Shown here one piece after another: positions 22,701-34,500 of a DNA stretch of 64,000 bases. The notes beneath the pieces were generated by a model. That model was given only the letters and a program-made list of their open reading frames with translations, was not told where the DNA came from and searched no databases. A program made the position numbers and the translations under genes. The stretch lies in contig JAPMXV010000018.1 in NCBI GenBank assembly GCA_026936335.1, positions 124,001 to 188,000 on the forward strand, given 5' to 3'. Each line of letters opens with the position of its first letter. The stretch's first letter is position 1. Source of the stretch: Mantamonas sphyraenae STR306 (lineage: Eukaryota > Protista > CRuMs).

Positions 22701-24557
22701 CGTGGACGCCCCGCCCACTGATAGACGGCCATAGTTGTGAGTCGTTGAATCCATCACGTGCACCTTGTTGTCCACAAACGACAACATGCCTCGGTTCCAG
22801 AAAGCAGCGCTCTTCACCGTCACCTTGCTGTTCAGCAACACGATTCCGCGGTTGTCCACGTCTGCTTGGTTCCACAGTGTAAACTCGTTCCCAGACGCCA
22901 ATACCTCCACCGTGCCCTCATTCACTACCGTTGCACCACTCGCATTCCACGTCTTTTGATCCGTCAACAGCTCCACCTTCATGTAGCCCCTGTTCACCAA
23001 CACGCCAGCGGCAACTCGTGGTTCGCCTCCAATCCCTCCCCGAAACTGCACCGTGGAGTTGCAATCCACCACAAACTCGGCCCCGGGAGATCCCTTAAGT
23101 GAGCCGATGTCCCAACGCAACGAAGAGTTGACTCGCAATGACACTCCAGTCTCCACCTCAAAGTCAAATGGAGGCTCAGCGTTCGTCGTCGTGAGCTCCA
23201 GACTGCCCACGGTCATGTTGCGCTTTGCCTGAAAGTTGGCACCCTCCACTACACTCAGATAATTCACGTACGGGTCGCCCTCGTCCAAGTTGAACTGGTT
23301 TTCCATCCCTTTTCCTTCCAGAATGATTCCGTCCAGTTTTCCGCCCAGGAACCTGTTCACCGGGTCGGTCGTTCCTGCTGCACCGCCTTTTGCCACACGC
23401 AGCTTTGCCGTGGCACTGCCCATGAGCACTTCGGACCCTGGGTACGTGGTAAACGTGCCTGGCTCCCCGCTTGCAACCGGCTTGATTGAAACTTTCAGTT
23501 CGCCCGTGGCGACCGCAAGAATTCCATGCAGCTTGAACGAGCGCACGTTAAAATCCAGCATTCCCTGCGAGATGGGCCTCAACAAAAGTGTCCCATTGAC
23601 CACAACCTCAGTTCCGTCTGCAGCCAGCGTCAGATTCTTTGGCGTCACGCCTTGGTTCGTCAACCTCGTCAACGCACCGCTCAGCACAAACAGTTTCATG
23701 CCACCTCCCACCATAATTGAGTTTCCCACGCTGCCCACCTCAATGTCCAGCCGTTTGTGAACATACACATCCACGGCGTCCACCGTCATCCCAAGTGGAG
23801 ACCGCGAACGAAACGCGGCCACCTCGTACAACTGCATCACCATATTCATCAGCTTGCATCCCGCTCCAACCGTTTCCGTTTTCACATCCATGACCCCGTA
23901 CACGCTCACAGTGGGCTTGGGCATCGATCCTTGGCCGCTCATCTCTGCAGCCGAGCTGATATCAAGTTGGTCCGTCACGTTCACGTCTGCATTGAATCGG
24001 AGCGCTGCTGTGCCCGACAACCGAAGCCAGGTGATTACGTGAGCAGCAGTTCCCTGCCCTGCGTTCAAAACCACCACACCTGAAGTCAACGCTTGCAGGA
24101 GCCCCGCCGGTCCGCTGGTGACCTGCCCCGCAACCGAAACGTTTCCCACCACCGTCAGCGTCCCATTCAAATTCAACGATCCCCACGTGGTCACACAACC
24201 CGGTTCGCTGTGAAATTCAAATGCAGACTCGACGTGCAGTGTCATGTTGACTGTCAGTGGAGCGGTGCAGATCAATTCGCTCAATATGGCAGTGCCCCCA
24301 ACACGGACCCGAAGTGATCGGATCTCGGTCGTGTTGCCCATCACAAGCACAACCTTGCTCTGCGTCGACTCAATGACCACTTGCACATCATCTCCAGGCC
24401 CAGGCACCTTGCTTGGTGTCCACTGCGCCGACGAGTTGAGGTACACATAATCCGCGTTCGGAGCGTTCAACACCACGGTTGCACCGGATGCATGGCACAC
24501 CATCCAAGCCGTCATTACACACACCAGTATTGAACAATTCTGCAGGCTCGCTTTCAT
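19785..24557 (-). CDS. Large surface membrane protein: signal peptide, beta-rich ectodomain, 12 Cys-rich repeats, PSI-like module and TRP-like/FLC-type multi-pass domain (alternative start 24602)
   Basis: Hydrophobic leader; many N-x-S/T sequons; (DACGVCGGTNSTCAGCDGVANSGVVY)n; CGTCLADLACGWC; EHVQFITVTAQVAVDFPASY.EF and YGPMYAEY...RRPFK as in FLC/Pkd2-like membrane domains. Confidence 0.8.
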   Translation of the reverse strand: MKASLQNCSILVCVMTAWMVCHASGATVVLNAPNADYVYLNSSAQWTPSKVPGPGDDVQVVIESTQSKVVLVMGNTTEIRSLRVRVGGTAILSELICTAPLTVNMTLHVESAFEFHSEPGCVTTWGSLNLNGTLTVVGNVSVAGQVTSGPAGLLQALTSGVVVLNAGQGTAAHVITWLRLSGTAALRFNADVNVTDQLDISSAAEMSGQGSMPKPTVSVYGVMDVKTETVGAGCKLMNMVMQLYEVAAFRSRSPLGMTVDAVDVYVHKRLDIEVGSVGNSIMVGGGMKLFVLSGALTRLTNQGVTPKNLTLAADGTEVVVNGTLLLRPISQGMLDFNVRSFKLHGILAVATGELKVSIKPVASGEPGTFTTYPGSEVLMGSATAKLRVAKGGAAGTTDPVNRFLGGKLDGIILEGKGMENQFNLDEGDPYVNYLSVVEGANFQAKRNMTVGSLELTTTNAEPPFDFEVETGVSLRVNSSLRWDIGSLKGSPGAEFVVDCNSTVQFRGGIGGEPRVAAGVLVNRGYMKVELLTDQKTWNASGATVVNEGTVEVLASGNEFTLWNQADVDNRGIVLLNSKVTVKSAAFWNRGMLSFVDNKVHVMDSTTHNYGRLSVGGASTELTLRLTAYNGYNGSVIELAHGAKLQGQSVTAFTNPVGSTLEGVGTLQNISLTNLGTVKGPALTVSKNFTQGSTGRTMVGAVAGQGQVVNGECVSLGGVLEVAGVTGCPEPNALFDAVGSRLNCVDGAYTSLVYADGSVKVSVNASGAVLFSLPDSSCLQLDCNNTVNGTAQLDLCGVCGGTNSTCAGCDGVANSGVVYDACGVCGGTNSTCAGCDGVANSGVVYDACGVCGGTNSTCAGCDGVANSGVVYDACGVCGGTNSTCAGCDGVANSGVVYDACGVCGGTNSTCAGCDGVANSGVVYDACGVCGGTNSTCAGCDGVANSGVVYDACGVCGGTNSTCAGCDGVANSGVVYDACGVCGGTNSTCAGCDGVANSGVVYDACGVCGGTNSTCAGCDGVANSGVVYDACGVCGGTNSTCAGCDGVANSGVVYDACGVCGGTNSTCAGCDGVANSGVVYDACGVCGGTNSTCAGCDGVANSGVVYDACGVCGGKSVNQTGCRSTAAPSLCQYSTCGTCLADLACGWCYDGNGGKCTRGDATGPKLGQCADYAFERCRTAAPTTMGSVVTVATIGAACVAAFASLNPSSSLSSEEKLDIHAVVWAMIEHVQFITVTAQVAVDFPASYLEFASFFSFANLQFGYPWMVDAQDVLSQSETLQAASLSSRRLLSTSQFVRAMGLPQNKYFPGNLFLVSVICLVILALGGALLLLLPRWLVSLEERRARLKAMVSTSMLRVLIMAHLGLCLSTTLHITLVEELQKGEGFSAFVYVLAIVVLLLYCFGLPAFVYQFVYRREYVQLLRNEMLDLYGPMYAEYQEKDRHFRTVLLAKSLITAFVVNLLSTAPLGQVLTLLCLQASFAVLLAVRRPFKHVPLTWMSVAIAVINLMTLSMTLAFLGGPPEGSDTSEVVSVIMMVLNLFGTVLMVILFAQRFLAARAASKTRNSKEQLELDRLGREEETRGTNKTSSRGGRV
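21223..22176. repeat. Coding tandem repeat, 78 bp x 12 plus an 18-bp partial unit
   Basis: Unit recurs exactly every 78 bp (21223 to 22159 = 936 bp); copies differ only at one synonymous GGT/GGC site. Confidence 0.97.
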
Positions 24558-24863
24558 GGTGCCTGCTACACGGTTTTTATGGGACTTTGAAAATTGGACC
24601 ATGTCGCGCTACAGCTGTAGCACAGAAAACAAGGACGAAACACCCCCGCCCAACAATCCTGTTGCACTGTGGCACACTCAACGGCTCTGCGCCAGCACCT
24701 GGTTTCAAGTGTCTCATCTCAATTTGCCCAAGGCAAGCAATCTCGATGTGTGTCCGGCACAGAGGGGCCCACGTTACCCATGGCGCAGGTGTCACTGCAC
24801 CGTGCCCGTGAGCGCAGGAACTGCCAACCCATCTCCTGCACACACCTGCACCCCATCTGGCCC

Positions 24864-25274
24864 ATGCGTCTTCTCTTTGCCTATGACGAGCAGGACGTGA
24901 GTGTGGAGGAGCTCACGTTGGTGGAGCTGCAGGGGCTGCTGGAACTGCGCGACGTGGACATGAACGGCACGGGCCTGACCCTGGAAGAGGGTCAGGAGGA
25001 GCTCTTTGACGGCCGCCACCTGGGCCACATCCAAGCTGGTCAAGACGGTGGCGCCATTCTTATTATTGGGAACCACAAGCTCGAGGGCCAGCGTGTGGAG
25101 CTGAAAAAGCCTTTGGCCCTCTTGGAGCACACACTTTCGCAGGAGGAGCGCGACCAGGTGGCCCAGGACGGACAGGCCACCACCTACCGTGTCACGGCCA
25201 TCATCACACACTCACTCCTGTTCAAGACACGGCCCAAACCCATCTCCCTCAACACCAAACCCAAGAAAAAGTGA
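24864..25274 (+). CDS. CHTF8: Chromosome transmission fidelity factor 8 (Ctf18-RFC subunit); start uncertain (alternative 24780)
   Basis: LVELQG.LE, LIIGNHKLEGQRVELKKPLALL, YRVTAII...LLFKTRPKPI. Confidence 0.9.
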   Translation: MRLLFAYDEQDVSVEELTLVELQGLLELRDVDMNGTGLTLEEGQEELFDGRHLGHIQAGQDGGAILIIGNHKLEGQRVELKKPLALLEHTLSQEERDQVAQDGQATTYRVTAIITHSLLFKTRPKPISLNTKPKKK

Positions 25275-25304
25275 CGACACCGAGCTCCATTTCGCCCTGT
25301 CTGA

Positions 25305-28300
25305 TCACTCAACTTTGTCCCCGTCCAGCTTGTTCAACTCGATCTTGAGAGCGTCGACCTGCTTCTGAAGGGAAGACTTGTGACCTCCACTGTTGTATCC
25401 GTTGGCTTCATCGAGCCAGGCATTGACCTGAGCCCACACCTCCTTCTTCTTGATGGTAAAGTGCGTGCGCACGACATCCTCAAACCCGTGGCTGGGTTTC
25501 TGCAGCTGGTCGACCATGGCCCACTGGATGGTGGCCACACGGATGACCTCGTTGTAGCTGCGGTTGGACGAGTCGCCCGACGGTGTGCCTCGGCTCGATT
25601 CGTAGCCCGGCTCGTTGAAGTAGGGCTCCGGCACAAGGATGAGACTCTGGATGGACACCAGCAGTTGCAACAGAGTCGATGTCTTTTCGTTCCACTGCTC
25701 GTTGGCGCCTCCACTCCACGTGCCCAGCAGCGACAGACACACTTTGCCGCTGTTGTACAGGTTCGGGTTGAAACGCACCGAGCCGTGGCCCGTCGTGGCC
25801 AGGTTGCACAGCGGTGGGCCGTTGGGGAAGCTGTTGGGTGCATACAGATCAAACTGGAAGCATCCGTTGGCATACGGCGTGTCTGCAGGTCCGGTGATCA
25901 TGAACTGCATCACGTCCAGACGGTCTTCGTCCACCCGGAAGAACACCGACGACGAGATGTGCAGCGGCAAGCTCGTGCTCAACGAGCCCGTCTCCTGCAC
26001 CAGTCGGTTCATCTTCTTGGCACTGTTGCTCGACGACTCCTGTGCAATCTGTGTCGCGTAGTAGTGACCCGTGTACGACCCAGACTCCTGCGTCACGTCA
26101 ATCTCGTCAAACTGGAACTCTTCCATCGCCTCGCAATACCTCTGTGCATACTCTTCGTTGTCCTGAGAGTACTCCCACTCGGGTCCATGTCCACTGCTGC
26201 TGCTGCTGCTGCTGCTGCCACTGCTGCTGCTGCTGCTGCTGCTGCTGCTCGCCTTGCCCTTGCCCTTGTCTCCCTCGCCACTCGCCTGCTCCGCCGCTTC
26301 CCGCTCGCGTGCCTGGGCCGCCAGCATGGCCTTGGTCTTGCGTGCGATGCGCTCGCTGCTGCGAATGATGTTGCGAGCAAGACGGATCTCTTCCGTGTCG
26401 TCCACCGTCTCTGTGATCATCTCCTGCACCGTGAGCTTCTTGCTGCCACCACCTCCCTTCTTCTTGCCTCCTCCTCCTCCTCCTCCTCCTCCGCTGCCCT
26501 TGCTCTTGTTCTGGTTCTGTTGCACCTTCAGCGTGTTCTTCAACATAATCTCTGCCGTCTTCTTCTGCTTGTCCACCAGGTCGGCAATGGGCGTCGAGCC
26601 GCCCAGCGAGCCCAGCAGAGGCATCGTCACGTCGTGCGAGGCAAACGCACTCGCCAGATCCAGGATGGCTTGGTACAGGTCGATAAACTTGGCCATGTCC
26701 ATCACGCTGTCGTTGCGCAGGTACGACTCCATCACAGGCAGCAGACACGACTTTTCCATGATGTCAAACAGCACCGGCGGCAACTTGCTCAGCAACACAT
26801 CCTCCGACGCCTGACGCGTCAGCGACTCCTCCTCCCCTTCGCCCAGCAGCGAATCGTCCTCCTCCACCGCAATGATGTTGAGCAGACCGCGGATGATGTC
26901 CGCCACTGTCTGCGCCTCCTTCTTCTGCTTGTTGGCATACTCGTCCTGAGACCAGGACATGTCGTACGACGAGTCCTGCGACGTGCCATACCCTGTGCCC
27001 TTGGCCCAGTACTCCTTCTTCCCACGTGCCTTTTCCATCGCCGCCTTGCGCTCTGCATCCAACTTCTCCTGCTTCAGTTTGATCTCATCGTCCAGACCCA
27101 ACACGTCGCTCTCCTTGTGCTGCGTGTTGGTTGCCACGCTCAGCTTGTTCAACATCTCCGCAAGCACCCCTTGCTCCACCGCCTTTTGACGCACCTCAAA
27201 GAACCACTCCGGGTCGTCCTTTCGGTGTGCCGCACTGTCCTTGAACAGATCGTACAGGGTCTGTTGCAACAACTCCGACGGCTCGTCCTCTTCCTTCTTG
27301 CTCTTCTTCTTGTCCTTCTTCTTGCCTTTACGGCCTCCACCACCACGTCCACCACCACCTCCACTGCTGCTGCTGCTGCCATCCTCCCCTCCCTTGCTTC
27401 CCTTGCCAAACATCGACGCTCCGTCGCCCTGGAACTCACGCATCACCTTGAACAAGATCTCGCGGCATGCGTCGTTGTTGATGAACGACTGCGCATACCT
27501 GGGCAAGTGCAGCTGTGCCTTGAGCTGACGCAACCACGGCCCATACGGATGCGTGTTGACATTGCTCAGCGAGCTCAGCATCACGGTGATCAAGTCCTTG
27601 AGACCACCCAGCGTGGCAAAGTGGCCAAACACAGGCATGATCACGTCCACCTTGGCGCCCACCTCCTCGTATCCTTTCTTCTTGTCTGCCGCTGCCTCAC
27701 GTGCACCCAGCACCGTGTACGCCAGGTCCACAATGCCTCGCGTGGTTGCCTTGTCGCTGTCCAGCAGATGCTCCGACACACGCTGCACACTGCCCGCCTT
27801 GACCTTGCTGTGATCAAACGCACACGCATCCGCCTCTTCGGGCGTCTGTGTGCTGTCGCGCAGCTGGAAACGCACCACACGACGCGTCTCCACGGGTTCA
27901 TTCTCGTCTTCCAGGGAGGCGTCGATCTTGGGCACCAGGTTGTACAGCGGCGCCGTCACAGGCAGGTTGTACACGTCGTGGGCACGCTGGAAGAACGCTG
28001 TGCTCTGGGTGTCCTTCTCCACAGACACGTACGTGCGCCTCGTGTCTGCGGTGCCCCTGTTCTTCCTCTTGCCACCCGCACGTCGTCCACTGGACGCACC
28101 ACGTGTGCTGGACCAAATGTGTTCCAGGGTCACGCTGTCTTCGTTTTCATACAGCGACGCACTGATGTGGAAGGCGTTGCCTACGGTCACGTCCGTGTAC
28201 GCCACTGCCCAGTCGCCCTCGTCGACGGCAAAGGAGATGTTGCCCTCGTCCAGGTCCACCTGCACACGCAAGGTTTGGCCCTTGTTGATGCGGCCGCCCG

Positions 28301-29930
28301 TGTACACATACTTGCTGTTGCCGTGGTGGTACACGTAGCCGTTGCTCACGTACATGGAGTACGCGTTGACCTGAGAGTTGGACCCTGGATAGGTGCCGTT
28401 GGCCACTTGGCCGTCGGCAATGCCCAGCATCATGTACCCGTTGCGTGTGGAGTTGATGTCAAAGGAAAACTCGTGCACTCCCTCGTCAAAGGCAAAGTCC
28501 GAGAGGATGGTGCGCCAGGTGCTGCCTCCTGCCTTGACACGCACCGTGGTCATGTCGTCCTCCACCTCCAAATCACCCGAAGACATTGTTTCCTCGTCCC
28601 ACAACACCGTAAACGATGTGGGCGACGCCGCAGCCAAACTCTCCTCGGCGTCCACTTGCATGATGCCCAGCGACTCGCGGATCTGCTCCTTGTCGCTTGC
28701 GTTCACCGCACGGTTGTGCAGGCACACACTCACATGCTCCTCCAGGGACAAAAGGTCCAGGGCAAAGCGAGACCAGGCACCCAGGTTCGCCTTGGCTGTC
28801 TTGCTCTTGGCGTCGGCCTGCACCTCTGCCATGTCGCTCAGCTTCTGGTACAGCAAGTTGGCAACAATCGACTGGTTGGCTTCGCATCCGTTCACACACT
28901 GCTTGAACACATCCAACACCAACGCCATCACCGTGTTGGAGAAGGACGATGCCTTCTCACACAGCTCAAACAGCGTGTCAAACAAGTTGGCACCCACCCA
29001 TGCCTTCACCGCCCCGTTGAACCCTGCGTAGCGCAGGAAGCGCAGGATGCCTTCCATGGACATCTGTGCACCCGGCGCAAGCGACTCTGCCTTGACCGAT
29101 GCATGGAGGCCCTGCTGCAGCGACTGCATGAGTCCACTGCCCATCAGCTGTTCCACACATGCGTCGCTGGAGCATGCAAACACACCCAGGGCACTCAACA
29201 ACCGCGTGGCCTCGGCCTGTTCGGCGTCAATCACCAGACCTCCTTCGCGTCCAGAGTCCAACTGGCCACTCACATAGTCCAGCGCACGTGCAAACATCGA
29301 TGCATCGCGTTGCATGTACGCACAGCCCAGCTTCAGCATGGACGTGTTCAGGGCAAGGCCCTCGGGGGCGTTTGCCGCCGCATGTAGCATCAGGTGCAAC
29401 TCCTCGTCGCTGAGTGCCAATGCACTGTGGCCCGATGGCAGTTGCTGCACCGCAGAGGTGAGGGCAATGAGAAACAGGCTGCCAAACGAGGCACCCCTGC
29501 CCTGACGCAGTTCATCGGCATGCGCATGCATCTGATCCAGAATGTACTTTTGCAACAGTTCCACGCGTTTCGTAGTGCCCTCGTCGCTGACACTGCACAG
29601 CCGCGAGACAAACGCTGCGCCGTAGCTGCTGGCACGCCCGGACACAGGCGCCATGGCCAGCACCTTCTCCAGCACCGTGTTGGCAATCTTGGAGGACGAC
29701 GAAGCAAGTGGCATGACAATGCCTTGGATGAGGACGTTTGTGTCCACGTCCAGCAGCGACACCAAAGGCAACAGGTGGCTCAGTGTGTCCTGCAGCCGTT
29801 CATCCGACGTCAGCCACTGATACACCTTGCCAAACGACATGCAGTGGGACAGCATGGTCAATGCATCCCTCACAGACACGCCACCTGTGCTCGAGTCGTC
29901 GTCCACCTCTGTTCCGACCCCGACCCCACC

Positions 29931-29976
<46 letters not shown>

Positions 29977-31483
29977 CCACCAGCACTGCTGCTGCTGCCA
30001 CCGTTCAACTGCACCGCCTTGCGCTCTTCCGCCGCCTGCTGCAGGATGTTGGTGGCCAGCAGCATGTTGCCGTGAACCTGCACGTTGTCCAGGACGACAG
30101 GCAGGTTGTTTGGCATTTCCACCTCGATCAGGGCCATGTTGACCACACTGTCGCCACAGGGCATGACCACATCCGTGTTGGTCTGCCCACCATAGTTGAC
30201 TGAGGTGGAGACCGGACGGTAGCGTCCCACGGGGAACAGTCGCGACGCAGAAGTGCCTGTGTACACAGACACAGACGCAGGCGCCTTGGAGTACGAGCTG
30301 CCCACATACTGGTTCTCCTGGAAGGTCAACTTGATCTCCGTCAGCACCGTGTTGGCCGGCAGCTCCAGGGAAAACGCATGCTTTGCTGCTACGCCATCCT
30401 TCAGGGGCACCGCATTCCACGTCACCTTGGCGCTGGAGTTGTTGCCGGTACCCGTCACCATTGTGTTCACTACGGTGTGGTCCGACGTGCACCACCTGCC
30501 AATGTCCAACGAGCCGTCCTTGCGCACCTTGATTCCCTTCTTGTTCTTGCCTCCCTTCTTTCCCTTCTTGCCACCACCGCCGCCAGACTGGTCAAACTCA
30601 CCGTTCTTGCTCGGCAGCAGTTGGCTTTCCAGACTCTGCACCATGCCATCTGAACCCTTTACACCCAAATGCGTGCGGATGGATCCCAGAATGGTCTGCA
30701 CATCCTTGCGCGACGGACCACTCGACATCGAATGCACGTTGCGCTCGCCGCCGCTGCTGTTGCCCTCGCCCGTGTTGCTGCTGCTGCCACTGCTGCTGCT
30801 TCCACCTCGCAGGGTGCCCTGCGGGTTTGTGTTCAATGCGGCCTGGCACAGGAAGGCCATGCCGTTGAGCTCGTCGATGAAGTAGCGTGCCTTTTCATCA
30901 CTGCTGATGAGGGTGTTGAGCAGCCTGGCGGCAAACTTTGCGTTGCCTCCGTTGTCCAGAGCCGTGATGCACTGTGAAATCACGTAGTTGCCCGTGGCGT
31001 CGTCCGTGCACAGTGCATTCAGCATGTCAAACATGGCCGGAAACAGCACCGCCAGCTGTGTTTTGCTCTTGCTCGTGGCCTTGGCCGCTGCCTTGCTGCT
31101 GCTGCTGCTGCTGCTTCCTCCAGTACCACTCTGGTCGATCAGCGTGCGGGACCCCTCCACGCCAAAGGCAAACAACCAGCGCACAAACACAAGCATGGCA
31201 CTCTCGCCCTGGTTCTGCATCTGATCTTTGTCCTTGGCCACCACCTGCTGCATCACGTCTGCACCTGCACGTCGCATCAGCGCAGACACAAGCTCCACTC
31301 CGTGACGCAATCCGTCGCAATGCGTGTCCGTGCTGTTGTTCTTGCTCAGCACGGTCGCGCCAAACGGTAGGTTCGCTGCCACTGCGCTCAGCAGAGCATT
31401 CACCGGACCTGCTTCGATGCCACTCGTGCTCTTCTTCGCAGCGGCTTCAGCAGACGATGCAGCCGAAGACGACGATGAGCCAC

Positions 31484-31556
<73 letters not shown>

Positions 31557-34500
31557 ACCATCGTCAACATCCTCCATTTGCGCCGCTGCTTCGGCCAGCG
31601 CCTTGGTCAGGGTGATGTAATTCAGGTTGAGATCGCCCTCTGCAAGCTGCATCGTGGTGGCTGCCACGCGGTGCAAGGCAGGCAGCATGCTCTCGTGTCC
31701 CGGTGCACTCAGCAGAGTGTCCAGGAACTGCTCCAGATCCGGTTGCAGCATAAACTGCATGTCCTTGGAAGCACCCACGGCCAGCTGGACCATGGACAGC
31801 AGCTGCGACTGTGACTCTGCCAGAGCCACGGGCGACAGAGTGCTCAGGTAGCGGAAGCCCAGACAGAAGCACTGCATGGCATTGAACGATTGGATGCGCA
31901 TGTGCACCAACATGGACATGATGGCCTCGGCCAGACGCGCCTCGGACTGGCTCGCCTTCATGCTGGCTTCGTTTTCGCTTTCCGTGCGAGACAGACCCGA
32001 CGACGATGCCAATGCCGATGACGATGACGATGACGACGATGCTGTCTCTTTCTCGCCCTGCTGCGACTGCTGCGACTCGTTGCCACTGACACTGACGAGC
32101 ACCTCCAAGAGCAGACGAAAGTTAAACAGCTCCGGCGAGACGGAGGACGCCTTGAGATGCAGCAGTTCGGTGACAGAGTCCTGCAGCGCGGCACGCATGG
32201 CACGCAGGGTGCGTGCATGGTTGGGTGTGCGCACGTCGTATGTGGCGGGGGAACTCAGACATTGCAACATGCGTGAGACGGCATCCGACACAAAGGGGTC
32301 GTCACATCGGCCCAACGTCTGCAGGAAGGGCACGAAGCGAGGGTGGTTGAACACATCCTTCTGCACGGTGGGCGGATCAAAGTGCCTCGCCACCTCGGTC
32401 ACAATGTTGATGGTCAGCAGGAGGATCTCGCGTGGCAGACTGGTGAGAGCCCCGTCCGCACCCAGGATGGCAAACAGCGGCCGCAGAGGACGCACAGCCT
32501 CCACGTCGGACACGGTGCGTTGCAAGCCACCTGCAGATGCACTGCTTGTGCTACTGCCCTGGCCAATCAACGCCAATGCATCGCCACTCAATGTCTTTTT
32601 CAGAGCATTGCGTGACTCCAACCCGGACATGCTGCTGCTGCTGCTTCGTGGAGGATACATCGCCTGATGGAACACCAGCGTGTTGCCATTCTCGCTCGAC
32701 ACAAGCGCCTTGGGCAGCTTGGTGTTGGCCCCCGGCGAAGGCAGCGGGTAGGGCAGGTGCATGTACGCGTGCGAGTCGTAGTGCGGTTTGGTCAGGCACT
32801 GGGTGCACACGTTGTAGTCGTCGCACTGCAGACACTTGTACATGTCTGCGCCCACAGACTTGCCACACTGGTCGCATGTCATGTTGTGCTCCGTGGAACC
32901 ATGCTGTTGTTGCTGTTGCTGCTGTTGCTGCTGTTGCTGCGACTGTGCCGAGCCACTCTTGGCCGGCGTCAGGGCAGCCTCCACCGCCGCCACGTTGCGC
33001 GATGCGCTGTCTTCGTACATGTCGTTTGTGTACAGCAGATGGTCGAGGATGGGCCTGTCTGTGTCTTGTTCACGTGTGTGCACCGTGGGTTCGAATGCAC
33101 GCTGCATGGGGTGTGCAAACACGGCAAACACGTGGTGTTGGTTCAGCGTGTCCAGATCCATCTCTGCCTCGCTGTCCAAAGGAATGCCCGCCACGCGTTG
33201 GCGCTGCCACAGCTGCTGCTGCGGCCCATAGCACGCCTCACACACGTCGGTGGGTGTCATTGCGTTCAAGCTGCGGTACCGCTTGCCGACAATGGGACAG
33301 CAGCCGCACATGGCACAGCGTGTGTCCACATGTGCCTTGTCCGTCATGGCTGCGTCCACATGAGGCAGGATGTATGCAATCAGCATCAGATTCCACGCCA
33401 CCAGCGGCTGGTCCACACGCAGCAGCTTGGCTTCTGCCGCGGCGCTGCTGCTTGTGTGCGGATGCAACAGACCAAACAGATTGGCCAGCACCGGACCGCA
33501 ACGTGTCCAGTCGTGTGCCACAATGGATTGCAGCAGGCCAAACACCTGCTCTTGTGAAAAGAGCTGGCGCATGTCCTGTGTGCTTGGCGGCTCGCTGAAG
33601 TAGCGACGCAGCGCATCCACGGCAAACATGGGATCACGCGTCAGCTCCAACTTGAGGAAGCACCAGGCCTGGGAACGCAGGTTGGGGCCTGCGTACACAC
33701 AGAAGGAAGAGAACAGGCTCATGAGCAGGGTGTCGTCCAGCACACTGTCCTCACGTCGCTTGCTACTGATTTCCAACTCGTCCTCCATGTGCTCCCAAAT
33801 GGTGGTGCACAGCATGGCTGCCACGTTGGCCCACCTGTCCTGTTTGCACGCCTCGCCGCTTTCGTCCACGTTGGGCAGAAGCATCAGCAGCTTGCCCACC
33901 AGCTCCGTGTCTTCAAACTCCGCCAGCATGGACTTGTACGATTTCACCATCTCTCGCATGGCCACACACGACGACCGGTGCTCGTCCTGCTTGTCCAGAC
34001 ACTCCCTGTGCAGCGTGCGCACGCGGTCAAACAGCTCCCGATCCACCTCCCTGCCGTCCTGCAGCGCAAACTGGGCCTCCTCCAAGGCCGACGCCAGCTT
34101 GGCCTGTGCGCCCAGCAACAACGACAGTGTGCTCTCAAATCCGTGCTTGCGCATGGCCACCTGTGTGGTGATGCGCGTCACGGCCTCGCTGGGCGACAGC
34201 GTGTCCAGTCCTGCGTCCTGCCCGCGTGTGCTCACCTTGACCGTGAAGCCGTTGGTGTTGCTGCGTGGGCACAGAGACACGTGCAGGTAGCGCATGGTGT
34301 ACTCCAGGTTGCTGAATTGCACCTGACGCACAGACTTTTTGCCCCCCTTGCGCTTGCTCACTGTAAAGTTACGTGTGCCCAGCGTCACCCAGGGTCCACC
34401 CGCACTGGTCGACCCAGAGACTGTCACCTTGCCCGATGCTTCCACAGCCCCACTGAAGCCCATCACCACCTCCTCCACCACATAGTCTGCTCCGTAGTCC

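Noticed and set aside
27669-27677. GTATCCTTT U12-like donor
   Set aside because: Antisense to the uninterrupted BIRC6 exon; coincidental.
25380-29387. Very long antisense ORFs (also 12003-13829, 34749-37841, 47559-50552)
   Set aside because: Shadows of GC3-rich sense genes in mirrored frame; no recognisable motifs.
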